Shown here: positions 15,401 through 28,000 of the stretch, in pieces
How the letters are laid out: the number at the start of each line of letters is the position of its first letter
Position numbering within the stretch: position 1 is the stretch's first letter
Assembly: GCA_963920595.1 (NCBI GenBank)
Contig: OY986947.1
Span: 2,852,001-2,916,000, forward strand
Origin: Eimeria praecox
Lineage: Eukaryota
Length of the DNA: 64,000 nt
Direction: 5' to 3'
Position numbers and translations under genes: made by a program
Notes under the pieces: generated by a model
Database searches by the model: none
What the model was told of the DNA's origin: nothing
The model's input: the letters and a program-made list of their open reading frames with translations, nothing else

Positions 15401-16439
15401 TCACTTCTACGTTGGCCACATCCCCAAGGATCTCGAAAGGGCCTCGTCAAGCGCACGAGCTAGCAACTCAACAACGCTCAAGCGTGAAATGGCTTTTGCA
15501 CACTAAAGTATGCAGACCTGAAGACAGCTGGGGAACACTTGGCGAGAATATTCATGCCATCTTTTCCTCCGCATCTTTTTTTTCGCTCTACTTCTGTAGC
15601 TTCGAGGTCTCTGTACGACAAGACTTGAAGGACAAAAATCTGGAGACCACATTTACGAGCTCCCCTTTTCGCTTAAGTGAAAAGGCAAGGGTACTGACAT
15701 GAGCGCTTGATGCAAGCAGTGTATAGAGCGAAACGTACAACCTGAATTTGAGGACACCCATTAGGATGCACATGCTGAAGATCGGAATCAGAGCGAGGAG
15801 GCAGCTTCGAAGAACCTCTGACTCAGCACGATGCTCGCGAGCAAGTGTATACGTAGAACATTTGCATGTAACAATCGAGCTTGAGGCGATAGGAGAATCG
15901 TTCAAAAAAAGCGCAGCAGGAACGTAGCCGCGTGGAAGGCATTGATGAGGTTAGGGGCACGGTTCCAGAACAGCACACCCAAAAGCCAGAACCAAGACTG
16001 CTTCCTTCGGCTGCTTCGTTAATGGCAACTACTTACGAAACCCGAAGCATGAACAGCTTCCAAACGCATAAATTCCTAGGCGAACTAGAGCCACAGCGCA
16101 AAATATTTTTGCACTCTCCGGCTAAGTACTTGACGCACACTCTGTAGGTAGCATCTGCCAGCTCAACATCATGATATTCACAAGTGCCAGCCGGCAGTCC
16201 TGCCACTTTCACTTGAGGTGCTAGTCCCATCCCATCAAAGAGGCGATCAGTAGTGCAAACTTCCACTTTATCAGGGGATCAAAATGCGGATACCTAGCAC
16301 GAAGGACGTTAGGAGATTTTCCAGTAGCAGTGATTGTCATGTGGTCCACTAAGACCAGCACTATAGTATATGCGGAATAAAGATATCCATTGATGCGCTG
16401 TGAATAATGTTCATGCCAAGTATACCATGAAGAAGCCCC

Positions 16440-16442
<3 letters not shown>

Positions 16443-16508
<66 letters not shown>
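16443..16508. repeat. (AT)n microsatellite
   Basis: Directly visible. Confidence 0.98.
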
Positions 16509-16510
<2 letters not shown>

Positions 16511-18536
16511 TACATAAGCGTAAGCTTCCCTTGCTCCCAAAGGTGCGCATATTTTACCAGCCGTAGAGTGTGCTACAAATGGCTCACTGTCTGCAGGTGA
16601 AGGATGCGTTCCTTCTGCGTTGTTCGTTCGCCAAAGCCAATCTTGATGAAGTCTCACTACACGCATTGGCACGCCCCCTACCTAGCAAGACATTTAGAGT
16701 GTTACTCGTGGCATAACGTAAACCAAGCATGCTTAACAAGGCCAAAGAAATTCCTGCTCCACGGGACACTCGTTAAACTAGAGACGTCTTAACCAAAATA
16801 ATGTTTCTCAACCAAACAGAGCATACAAGACAAAGTTTTTATCCGGCATTGCACTTCAAAAATGAGTTCCGGCATCCTATAAAACCTACCGGCTTTACGC
16901 CCAACACACAACCAATCAAATGCGTTTCCGTACGTTTTTCCAACAGGAAATCATCTCCCCCGTCGTGCCTAAGCAGTTTGCCAGTAACCAACGGATGCCG
17001 ATAGTGAGCTAGAAAGCAAAACGTCAATGTGTATAGCAGCTAGTGGGAAACGGCTGAATGCGGCGTATACGATGCAACACTCGCTGCTGATAAGAGCAGG
17101 CTGTACTCAAGGGAAGGAGCATCTTTGGAGAGCCCCCATACGGCAGCAATGACGAGTTGCCAAGTAGTTGCCATGTACGCGACACACTGTCTGTGGGCAG
17201 CTTTAGTGCTGGGTTTTCTCTTCCTAAGCATCAAATAAGCAGCAACACACTCCATTGCCACCAACGAACTGTGTCTCTGTTGAGAGCAGCGACAGTTGCG
17301 GTTTCGAGTCAATTTCCCACTGAGAGAATTCCAGGCGCATCTCGTAGTGAGCGCTGTGGTTACGGGTGCTGCGATAAAAAACGTCCTGAAAACTTGTTTA
17401 CTTTACTTGCTTCTTCAGAACGTGGACCCTATTCTCCGCATCATGCGGAGCAAACTTCGGGCTCTCAAAATGTTGCCTAACTCCAGTTCGCCTGACAGAC
17501 GCGCATTAGCCTGTTCGCAAGACCGGACTTGTAACTTGCTACACGGATTGAGCAAACACAACCTTTCTCGTAACTATAATTGAGTTGCCATTAGCTGATT
17601 TAACGGCAGCTCATTGTGGCTCAAAAGTCAGCTTGCGACGCACTCCCTTGAAGAACACTAGGGGAGCATATTCCCATGTATGTCATAATCTGACCTACAA
17701 ATGAGTAAAGGGAACAGCGATATGCACAAAATCACAAGACACACTGGCAGCCTAGGCGACACAGGGTGCATCTGAGACGAATTAGGACAGCAGCATGAAA
17801 TCACTTCAGGCCAAGAAACCCTATCACCCAAGCATGTCTATTCAAAGTCTGTAAGAATATCTCTGCGTGCAGGTTTATTTAAAGCGATGGAGAAGACTAA
17901 GACAGCAGCTGTTGTTGGATATATCATGAGGATACGGGTATCTCCGGATATATGTGGATATATCTTGACGGCAGTAGCTGCCGTTCTCTACGGTTTCCAC
18001 AATGGCGTGTAACAGCAAACGTACATACTGAAGCTCGGATATTCCCGGTGTGGCGATCTATGCTGTTCACCGACACAGCCGCTTCAACTCAAGTAGAGCA
18101 TGCCAAAGGAATAAGGAGGCCTTCGCTGATAGTCAGCAAGGTATCGCCAGCCGCAACGCAGAAAATTGATTCCCATTAGTTCAGTCGCGGCGTTATGTTG
18201 AAATCTAAAGCTAATTTCGGATTTGTCGACAAGCCAGCATAATAGTCATGCGTGTAAATCCATTGCAAACCAGCGCGAATTCGAGGCCAGTAGAGTACAC
18301 GGCCACTCACGAAATTGTGTAAAGAAATGAGTACAGAGGAAGAGGCATCATGCCTATATGGCAACATAATCAGCCTCTGCTTTAGTTCTTCATGCACGTA
18401 TGCAGCTGACCCACAGCCTTCGCGTTTGACACAATAACCTAATGGATTAACAAGTACAAACTCCAAATGATCCTAAAACTCCGAATGCACACAGGAGGAT
18501 GTGTGGTGATTTTGCAGCCTGCCGCTGTCAGGTGCC

Positions 18537-18570
18537 CCGTGCTTTGGGCAGAACCGTGCTTTGGGCAGAA
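18537..18570 (+). repeat. Perfect 17-bp tandem duplication
   Basis: CCGTGCTTTGGGCAGAA x2. Confidence 0.9.
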
Positions 18571-18974
18571 CAAAGGCATCCAGCACTACCAAAATGAATA
18601 TGTCCAGCTAGTGCAGTTGGCCTTGTTTCTGTACATTCAATTCACGATGCTCAAAAAGCTCCAGATTCTTAAAGACAGGCGATGCTGCGAGCGTCGCTCT
18701 AGCCTACCTAACATTCTGGAAAGCGCGGACCTATTACAGCTTGGTGCTTGGCGAATCAGTTCCACCAGAGCGTTTCAACACATTGGCATGCCTCCCATGC
18801 AGCTGACGCACGTCCTACGCATGAGCCTACCTTTCGCATGGAATTTAACGCTAAACGGCCATCACGAATAAAGGCAAATTTTTGTAGGGCTGTGCCAGTT
18901 CTCCACGCCCTTAGCTGTGTTTCTACGTTAGACGGCGTAGTGAGAAGGAAACACTAGTGGGCGCACAACCTGGA

Positions 18975-19044
18975 AGATCATGCAGCTGCATGCATGATAA
19001 CGAAAATGTAGATCATGCAGCTGCATGCATGATAACGAAAATGT
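18975..19044 (+). repeat. Perfect 35-bp tandem duplication containing TGCATGCA
   Basis: AGATCATGCAGCTGCATGCATGATAACGAAAATGT x2. Confidence 0.93.
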
Positions 19045-22000
19045 TTAATCAATTGCCTTTCAGTGCACTGTCGGAGATTGGAAGATTGGCAGATACCCAT
19101 TTGGGGGAAAAGGCTTGTCATAATTTCTTCCTTCACCTAGTGACCTGTACGATGCATAAGTAGGAGCCGCACAGACTGCAGGTCCCAGCAAAGTGTGTTC
19201 TCATTTCATAAAGCAGCAGTCAAGGCCGCGCATCACATTAGAGAGTGCGTTACGTTCTTGTACGCTGGGCGTGCATAATTGCGCAGTCCAGGGCTCTAAC
19301 TATCTAGGACCAGGCTTATTAAAAGGTGAAGATTGAAAGGCTAATGCACATACAACCTGCACAGAAGTTCCACACAACTCGTCCACGCCATGCCATGTTA
19401 GTGGGAAACTGGAAGCAACACATTCGCTTTTGACAATGCGGGGGAAAACAGCAAATGGAACTAGTGAATATTCTGCGCAGCACATTTCTTCTGGCACCTA
19501 GCTGATAAAGGTAGCAGGTAAAACGCACAGGCTGCAATGTAGTTCGGCGCCTCGCTTGTTGCAGCAATATTGCAACGAACAAAATATCCTCCACTTCAAG
19601 GCATGCTCTGACGCCCAACTGTCACAGGATGCATGATCATGTTACGGAGCTAAAACAGGAATGCCATCCCAACTAAATGCTGGATCTCGGCACAATGAAA
19701 ACTTCTGAAATAAACTATACCTTGTTTGTTCGTTACTAATTCACGCCAGCAAGGGAGCAGAATGCACGTAAAAATCGCAATTAAACATTCAGCAAATTCT
19801 GATTTAGCGAGCTATTACTCACTCTTTAAAGGATAACTGCTTCTAAGGTAACCTAAATATAAATGAAATTAAATTTCTTTTTTTAAATACTTTTTAAAAA
19901 CTTTAACTTATGATGTGGGTTGTTTCCAATAGCGTAATAGCGTACTGCCTGAAAACTCACGGGGATTCAAAGTCTGCTGTGGCAGTACACGAATGTACTC
20001 TGGTCTCTGCCCAAACAGGTTCAGGGGAACCTGAATATCTCAGTGAGCCACAATTCGTCAGCGTCAGCATCTGCTACGAATGAAGAGTATACAGAAAGAA
20101 ATTTTGCATTGTTTACTCTTATGTGGTTGTTGAATACTAGCTGGAAACGTCCACCGATAGCTGCCACATACAGGCTAAGTGCATCAGCATAAGAATCCAC
20201 CAAGCAGAAGACAATTCCCGACCTTCCTCCAAGCTGTGACCCCAAGGGACCCTGAGACGTTTGGATTAATTCAAAATGTAGCTGCATTGTCACAGAAGCA
20301 TCCTAGGTGCAATCAAAAGCACCCGCATTGCAAAACTTCACTTACGCCCTGGACCGCACCACGTTTGAAACTAGTCGCTCCCAAGCCTGCCTAAAGTGGT
20401 CCCTTAGTCTGTCAGGATGGTTCCCCCCAAAGGAGGGGGCAGATGGTAAATGTATAAACCGCCAGATGCGCTCGGCGATTATGTGGAAAACCGAAGTTTT
20501 AGGTAGAACTATACAGAGTGAAGGAGCATGGATTCATAACTGCCTGCACCCCAAGTCTCCAAATGCTGTATTGTTGTTGGAGCTCTCTTGAGCATTGAAG
20601 CATGAGCGCACCAGCTCAGTAATATATATGTATACATAAAGGGGTGAAAGCTACTCCGTGGTTGCAATCGTTTTTTATACTGCTTGCACTGGGACCTCCT
20701 ATATTTCAGTAATGCTCTGAAAGAACGTTAGCACTAAGTTGCGAATACAAGCACAAGCTGCATCTCAAATGTACAGTGGCGTACCATCTGCATGGTGTAA
20801 AACCAAGCCTAAAATAAGCTTCACAATCAGGCAACGCTGTCTCTTTTCTTAGGGAGTCTTGCAAGGCAAAGATCCGGAAGCAATAAGTATAGAGAATCTA
20901 ACAAGCCAACGAGAAGGCGTGGTGCTGCTAGGAGATGAAATATATTGCTATTAACGGTCAAACGATCGTCGTACGAAGACCGTTCCGCGGCAAAGGAAAT
21001 TCCGTGGTACTATGGACAATTTGCTTGTACTTCATGAATCTTGTTACAAACAAACGAATTACTTTCTGCATTTGCCACGGGGCACATAAAAGCCTGGCCT
21101 TCACCTAATCATCCAAAAGATATCTTTATGTGCCGACGAGCGATATTCCGCCATGCGCAAGAGACCGGAAATGGAAACCGTGATCGGGGTTGGAGATGCC
21201 GACCCACAAGCCCTTAGGTAAAACAGCTAAGAAAATCGCCGTTCAATGCTGTGCGCTTTTACGGCTAAAGCTACTCCTCTAACGTCGTTCATTTTGTCTT
21301 GTCACAGCCGAAGCAATAAGCTGGACAGGGTGCGACGGCATTTGCTTCCTCTAGTTGTCATAAGCATGCAGGCGCAAGTTGTAAGCACGCACTTGATCGT
21401 AGCCATGATAGCATTTCCTGGTCCATCGATGCCCCTTTATATAGAAGGAAAGCAGTTGTGCAACATACCCACTTCCCAGCGGCCAAAGGGAAATAAGCCA
21501 GTCCCAAGAGTGCACGACATGTGTTCCGTAACCCTAGAACCAATGATCCAAATGCTAACAGCCATTTCCAGCCTACTCCCTTCAAAGGAAACAGGAATCG
21601 CCCCACACATGTTCATTGATTCGCTTGTTGAAGTGAAAACCTAGCGGTAAACGGCGAAACAACGGTGGGCTTAGATCGTTGCAGCAGTTTAGGAAGAACC
21701 TTGTTCGTCCTCATCTAAAAGGTATCCTGCGACGACAATTTAGTTCCTGCCATCTCATTGGCGTTTTCTTTCTAATTCATCTACTTGGAAGCATACGATT
21801 AGATGCAGTCCACGTGATAGGAGGTTCATGCCACTGGTTGGGCCCTCCTCAGCAGCTGCAATAAGTGGCTAAAGCATGAACAAGCATGAACTGCACAACA
21901 TACTGGCTGCACAGTCGGTTTCGTGCCTCCATGCCTCAAAAGAGAGGCTGCAGCCTTTTGCGGTGCACGCGCGGCACATTAACACCTTGGTCGACGGAGC

Positions 22001-22322
22001 TTGACATGTTTTCAATTAAAGCCTTAAATGAAGACCTCTGGTGAAGTGGAGTGCTAAGAATAAGCCCTAAGCACGCATGCTGAAAATGTTCGCCGAATGA
22101 TTGGCATGGCCCGATGTTTCTTCACATGTCGCCTTCACGAGGGATCAACGCCTTTCTCCATAAGTTGAGCCGCAACATACAGGATGCAGCGCACTCCCTG
22201 TAAAAGCAAGATGTGATTTTCTTGTGCGCATCGTTCGCCTAAACAGACGACACTGCAGGTGAGCGCACAGGGAAACGCCGGCCTCACTTTCGGTAGTCTG
22301 CCCTGTGCCTGGCTGCCTGCCT

Positions 22323-22360
22323 GTGTGTGTGTGTGTGTGTTATGTGTCTGTGTCTGTGTG
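22323..22360. repeat. Imperfect (TG)n microsatellite
   Basis: Directly visible. Confidence 0.85.
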
Positions 22361-25069
22361 CGTCCACCAGTTCTCTGCTGGCCGTACCGACTACTTCACG
22401 GGGCGCACTTGCTAAGTTATTCAGGGAACCAGCCAAAAGCGCTAGCTGCGAGTGCCCCACTCGCGCGAAACGAGAGCAGATGAATGGCCATTTCTTCTCC
22501 AAAGGCCAATGCTTCCAAATGTCACTCCAATGCATCCCAAAACTGTGTTTTTGCACCCTGGGTGAGCATTTTGAGCATGCTATCCTGTAAAACCTGAGAA
22601 CCATCTCAAGCCACGTAGCGATTGGTCGTTCCTTCCGAAAATTCCAGCGTTGTCTCAAAACAAGGCACCGAGAGCTGAATTTAAATTCACAAATACATAT
22701 ACGCAGATGCAAGCTTATTTGCCTGTGTGCACTCCGCATGATATGAATCACCTGCTCTTCTGCTGTACGATGACACTCCGCAGCAACCCCTAAAACCACT
22801 CATCTTACGGGCTGCCTGTCACTTACTAACTGCGTTTTCACATAGCATCACTAAAATGATTGCTTTCCTTCCTATTTGGTGCAAAGGCCTGCGCAGTTTC
22901 CAGCACTAGAAATGAATAGTTGTGAGGCCACGCGCACTCATTCGATCGTGAGAAACCCTCCCCCCTCTAGGCTTTGCATTGGCTCCCTTCCGTCGCCTAA
23001 TAGTCTTCGAAGCCTTCTTGCTCTGCGGGTACGATGCCAGCCTAGATGGGAAGCAAGCTTCATGGGCCTTGGAAACAAGAAGATCGAGGCTACTCACTCT
23101 GGCACGTTGCTATCCGCCAACTGGCAGCCTCAAACACTTCTAGGTGAACGCTGAGGTAGGTGTACAGCTGAAAGACATTCAGTGGGCAGATGCAATGCTT
23201 CCGCGTTAGCTATGCAACGTCTCTTTCTGGTTGATGCGGACAAAGCAGTCAAAGAACCCACACAGCGTTCAGTGCGCCCCATCACTACCCTTCCCAAACT
23301 GCAGGAACCGGTACACGAATTTCTATTAAGCGTTCCACTTTCCAATTTTTTCGTGCAAGAGTCCTGCTTCACCTCGCAACAGCATTAAATAATTATCTGA
23401 AAGGGTTTGATGGCCGCATGCCAAGCATAGGCCAGCTACGTCTCCGCTGTGTACGGCAAATCCTGCTCACTCTCTCCTATCAAAGCACAGCTGCCCTACT
23501 GATATGCAGCTAGGAGCTACTCGGACAGCTTGCAGCATGTTGCAGAAGATACGTACTAAGAGCCTGCAAACTGGGCAGAAACGCCTCTATTGGTCTAAAA
23601 TTCTGATCACTCCTGCGCGCAAAAGTCCAATACACGCACGCCTAATTAAGGCCCTTTCGTGCTTGCTGTTTTGATAAACAGATACATTAAGATAATGATC
23701 CTGCAAGAGGACAAGGAGGCCAAATTACATGGTTTTGGAAGGTGAATCTACACAAGAACTGTCCGCAAATAAGCACGTGGATTTTCCTTCTTGCCTCTAC
23801 GCCCGTTGCTGCATTGGCAAGATGTGCCATCCCCCCCCTTGAAGAAACTAAAATGCAACTGATATCATGCGCCAACTCTTGCAACCAATTGTCGATGCAT
23901 GCTGCTGCTGAGAACCACTGATTTAAGCTGCCGGTTCTAATACCTTTATTTGCAAGTGTGACAACATCCCTGTAGTAGTAACTGTGAATAACTTAACCTA
24001 CGCAAATGGGGTTACTGTAGCCAGAATTTTAATCAGCCGGAAGAACTGGTACGTGGTCGTGAAGTCCTATCCAAGCAGCGCAGCCACGCATTTCCTGTTG
24101 AGGTCCTTAGAAAGGAAAGCAACTGCTAACGTAGTTGAGAGTCAAGTTCGTGCGCTGGGCTGAGTGTGCTCTCATGTCTGCGTACGCTCGGTATCCATGC
24201 AAATGCAAACAACTGACCTAGTTTAGGTTCTCTTGCCGTGGCTAACGTTATTCTCGGAGACCAGACCAAACAAGCCAACTCAAGAACCGAGCAATAAGAG
24301 TCAGTTATGATAGGACCCCTTTGAGAACCGCTTCTCCCGGGCAGGCTTTCAGGACGCCTCCTCAGTCCAGCAAGCACAACCTTCAACACAGCTGGCCTGC
24401 GAGCGGCAATCAACTGTGCTGTTAAATGTGCGACTAACTGGGCAATCAGCGGCTAAATAAGAAAGCAAGTAATTTTTTGCAGGCACATAATCGTTAAGTC
24501 GGGTACTTTGTTCTCCTCAAAGGGCCAGCCGATAATGCGTCGTAGAAGCCGTGCACTAGCAGCCCCCGGGCAAAACGTACAAGAACATGCTAGCCGACCT
24601 GGATGCATGTGATGATTTAGTGAACGCATTTCTAACAATGCAAGCTCTCAGTTCAGCAATAATCCTGTGCGGGAATGCAATGCAGAATGCAGCTCACGGG
24701 AACTATGCGCATATAATTGCAAGCATTAGTCATGCGGACCCCCCCACTGGACTCCCCGTTCTTTCTCATCGCACGTAAGCTGTTGGCTTGAAGAACTCGC
24801 GCGGGCCGTTCGTGTCAACAGCATCTAGCTCTCTGCGCTGCAAACCTCCGATACCACGAAAATAAGCAATAAAACTCGGCTTGGCTTGCGATACATCTGG
24901 GTAGCCATTTACTTGATCACTTCCATAGGTACTCAGCATGCCAATGCTGAAGCGCCTCAGCAGCACCCCGGCGTGAATCGCACCCCCTGCTAGCCTCGGT
25001 GTACCTTACACACTGCCACAACTGTTCTACGTGCTTCAAAAAGCACAGCTCACCGGATAAATAAACGCG

Positions 25070-28000
25070 CATATACAGGTCTCCGAACTGCTACCCATGC
25101 GCCAGGCTTCGTCAATAAAACCTGACTTCCTCCTCCCTCCTGTCCTCTGAAACACACTCAACAAAATGCCATAATACTGTCCCTGATATACAGCAACCCA
25201 AATACATGCAGTCGGCTACCCTCCAAGCACCTTGCAAGCGACTAATCAACAGAAGGTAGAACAAAGCACCCACCCAAAGCAAACCACCGGCAAAGCCTAA
25301 TTCCCATGCGAAGCAAAATTGTGAAGAAAACCATTCCACTTGTCCAGGATTCCTCCACACAATGCCGTTTGCAATGTAAAGTGCCCCACACTCCGCACAT
25401 CACCACCTCAGGAAACCTGAGCAGCACATATCCACGATGCAGTTCCCTGGCAGGCATCCGTACCAGCAGCGACAAAAACCCAAACACACCTTCTGCGATG
25501 ATTGCGCCCACAGCGACACCCCATAAGGAAATATCTCCGTTCCCCCTTGAAGCACTAGGAAAAAAACAATAGGTCATGCGCTATTGCTGGAGGGCCCCCT
25601 CAAGCCACTCCTAGAATGCACCAGGTCAACAAAGGCCAGCACGCATAAACGTGACTAGCCCTCAATGCACCGAACCATAATGCCTTTTCGCAAACGAACG
25701 CCAGCCACTGCACACTGCTGCGCGTTGCAGACATATCCTGATTTGCGCAACCTCGCGACCCTCCAGTTCCAATACGCACAAGCCTCCTAGTTAAATGCGT
25801 CGCCGAAGTGCAAACAACCTCAGAGCAAACCAGACTCGGGGCCTTGCCATCTGCCCAGACAGGCAAACCTCTTCCCCTAGAAGTAATGTTCACTTCCAGA
25901 TGCAGCACTGCCACAAATGCATTCGGCTACCCTGCAAGCACCTATAAAAATAAATTAGAACAAACCACGCGTCCAAAGCAAACCACCTGCAAAGTCTAAT
26001 TCCCATGCGAAGCAAAATTGTGAAGAAAACCATTCCGCTTGTCCAGGATTCCTCCACGCAATGCTGCTTGCAATGTAAAGTGCCCCACACTCTCCACGTC
26101 ACCACCTCAGGAAACCTGAGCAGCACATATCCACGATGCAATTCCCTGGCAGCCATCCATATGAGCAGCGACAAAAACCCAAACACACCTTCTGCGATAA
26201 TTGCGCCCACAGCGACACCCCATGAGGAAATGTCTCCGTTCCCCCCTTGAAGCACTAGGAAAAAAACAATAGGCCACGCCCTATTGCTGGAGGCCCCCCT
26301 CAACCCACTCCTAGAATGCACCAGGTCAACAAAGGCCAGCACGCATAAACGTGACTAGCCCTCAATGCACCGCACCATAATACCTACTCCCAAGCGAACG
26401 CCAGCCACTGCACACTGCTGCGCGTTGCAGACATATCCTGATTTGCGCAACCTCGCGATCCTCCAGTTCCAATACTCATAAGCCTCCTAGTTAAATGCGA
26501 CGCCGAAGTGCAAACAACCTCAGAGCAAACCAGACTCGGGGCCTTGCCATCTGCCCAGACAGGCAAGCCTCTTCCGCTACAAGTAATGTTCACGTCCAGA
26601 TGCAGCACTGCCACAAATGCATTCGGCTACCCTGCAAGCACCTTGCAAGCATCTAATCAACAAACGGTAAAATAAAGCATCCACCCAAAGCAAACCACCG
26701 GCAAAGTCTAATTCCCATGCGAAGCAAAATTGTGAAGAAAACCATTCCGCTTGTCCAGGATTCCTCCACGCAATGCTGCTTGCAAGGTGAAGTGCCCCAC
26801 ACTCTGCACGTCACCTCTCAGGAAACCTGAGCAGCACATATCCACGATGCAGTTCCCTGGCAGCCATCCATACGAGCAGCGACAAAAACCCAAACACACC
26901 TTCTGCGAAGAATTGCGCCCACAGCGGCAACCCATGAGGAAATACCTCCTTGCCCCCCTTGAAGCACTAGGAAAAAAACAATAGGTCATGCGCTATTGCT
27001 GGAGGCCCCCCTCAACCTACTCCTAGAGTGCACCAGGTCAACAAAGGCCATCACGCATAAACGGGGCTAGCCCTCAATGCACCGAACCGTAATACCTTCT
27101 CGCAAACGAACGCCAGCCACTGCACACTGTTGCGCGTTGCAGACATATCCTGATTTGCTCAACCTCGCGACCTTCCAGTTCCAATACTCACAAGCCTCCT
27201 AGTTAAATGCGACGCCGGAATGCAAACCGCCCAACCAACTCCAACCCCTGCCGCGCACCATCTTTTCAACCACGAAATTCCTTATCCATACACTTGCTCC
27301 TCTCTTACAGATGAAGCATTCCAACAAATATCCATATCCAGGCCTCCGAGCTGCAACCCATGCGACACGCTTTGTCAACAAAACCTGACTTCCTCCTCCC
27401 TCCTGTTCTCTGAGCCACACTCAGCAAAATGCCGTAGTACTGTCCCTGATATATAGCAATCCAAATACATGCAGTCGGCTACCCTCCAAGCACCTTGCAA
27501 GCGACTAATCAACAGAAGGTAGGCCAAAGCACCCATCCAAAGCAAACCACCGGCAAAGTCTAATTCCCATGCGAAGCAAAATTGTGAAGAAAACTATTCC
27601 GCTTGTCCAGGATTCCTCCACGCAATGCTGCTTGCAAGGTGAAGTGCCCCACACTCTGCACGTCACCACCTCAGGAAACCTGAGCAGCACATATCCACGA
27701 TGCAGTTCCCTGGCAGCCATCCATATGAGCAGCGACAAAAACCCAAACACACCTTCTGCGATAATTGCGCCCACAGCGACACCCCATGAGGAAATATCTC
27801 CGTTCCCCCTTGAAGCACTAGGAAAAAAACAATAGGCCACGCGCTATTGCTGGAGGCCCCCCTCAAGCCACTCCTAGAATGCACCAGGTCAACAAAGGCC
27901 AGCACGCATAAACGTGGCTAGCCCTGAATGCACCGAACCATAATGCCTTCTCCCAAGCGAACGCCAACCACTGCACACTGTTGTGCGTTGCAAGCATACC

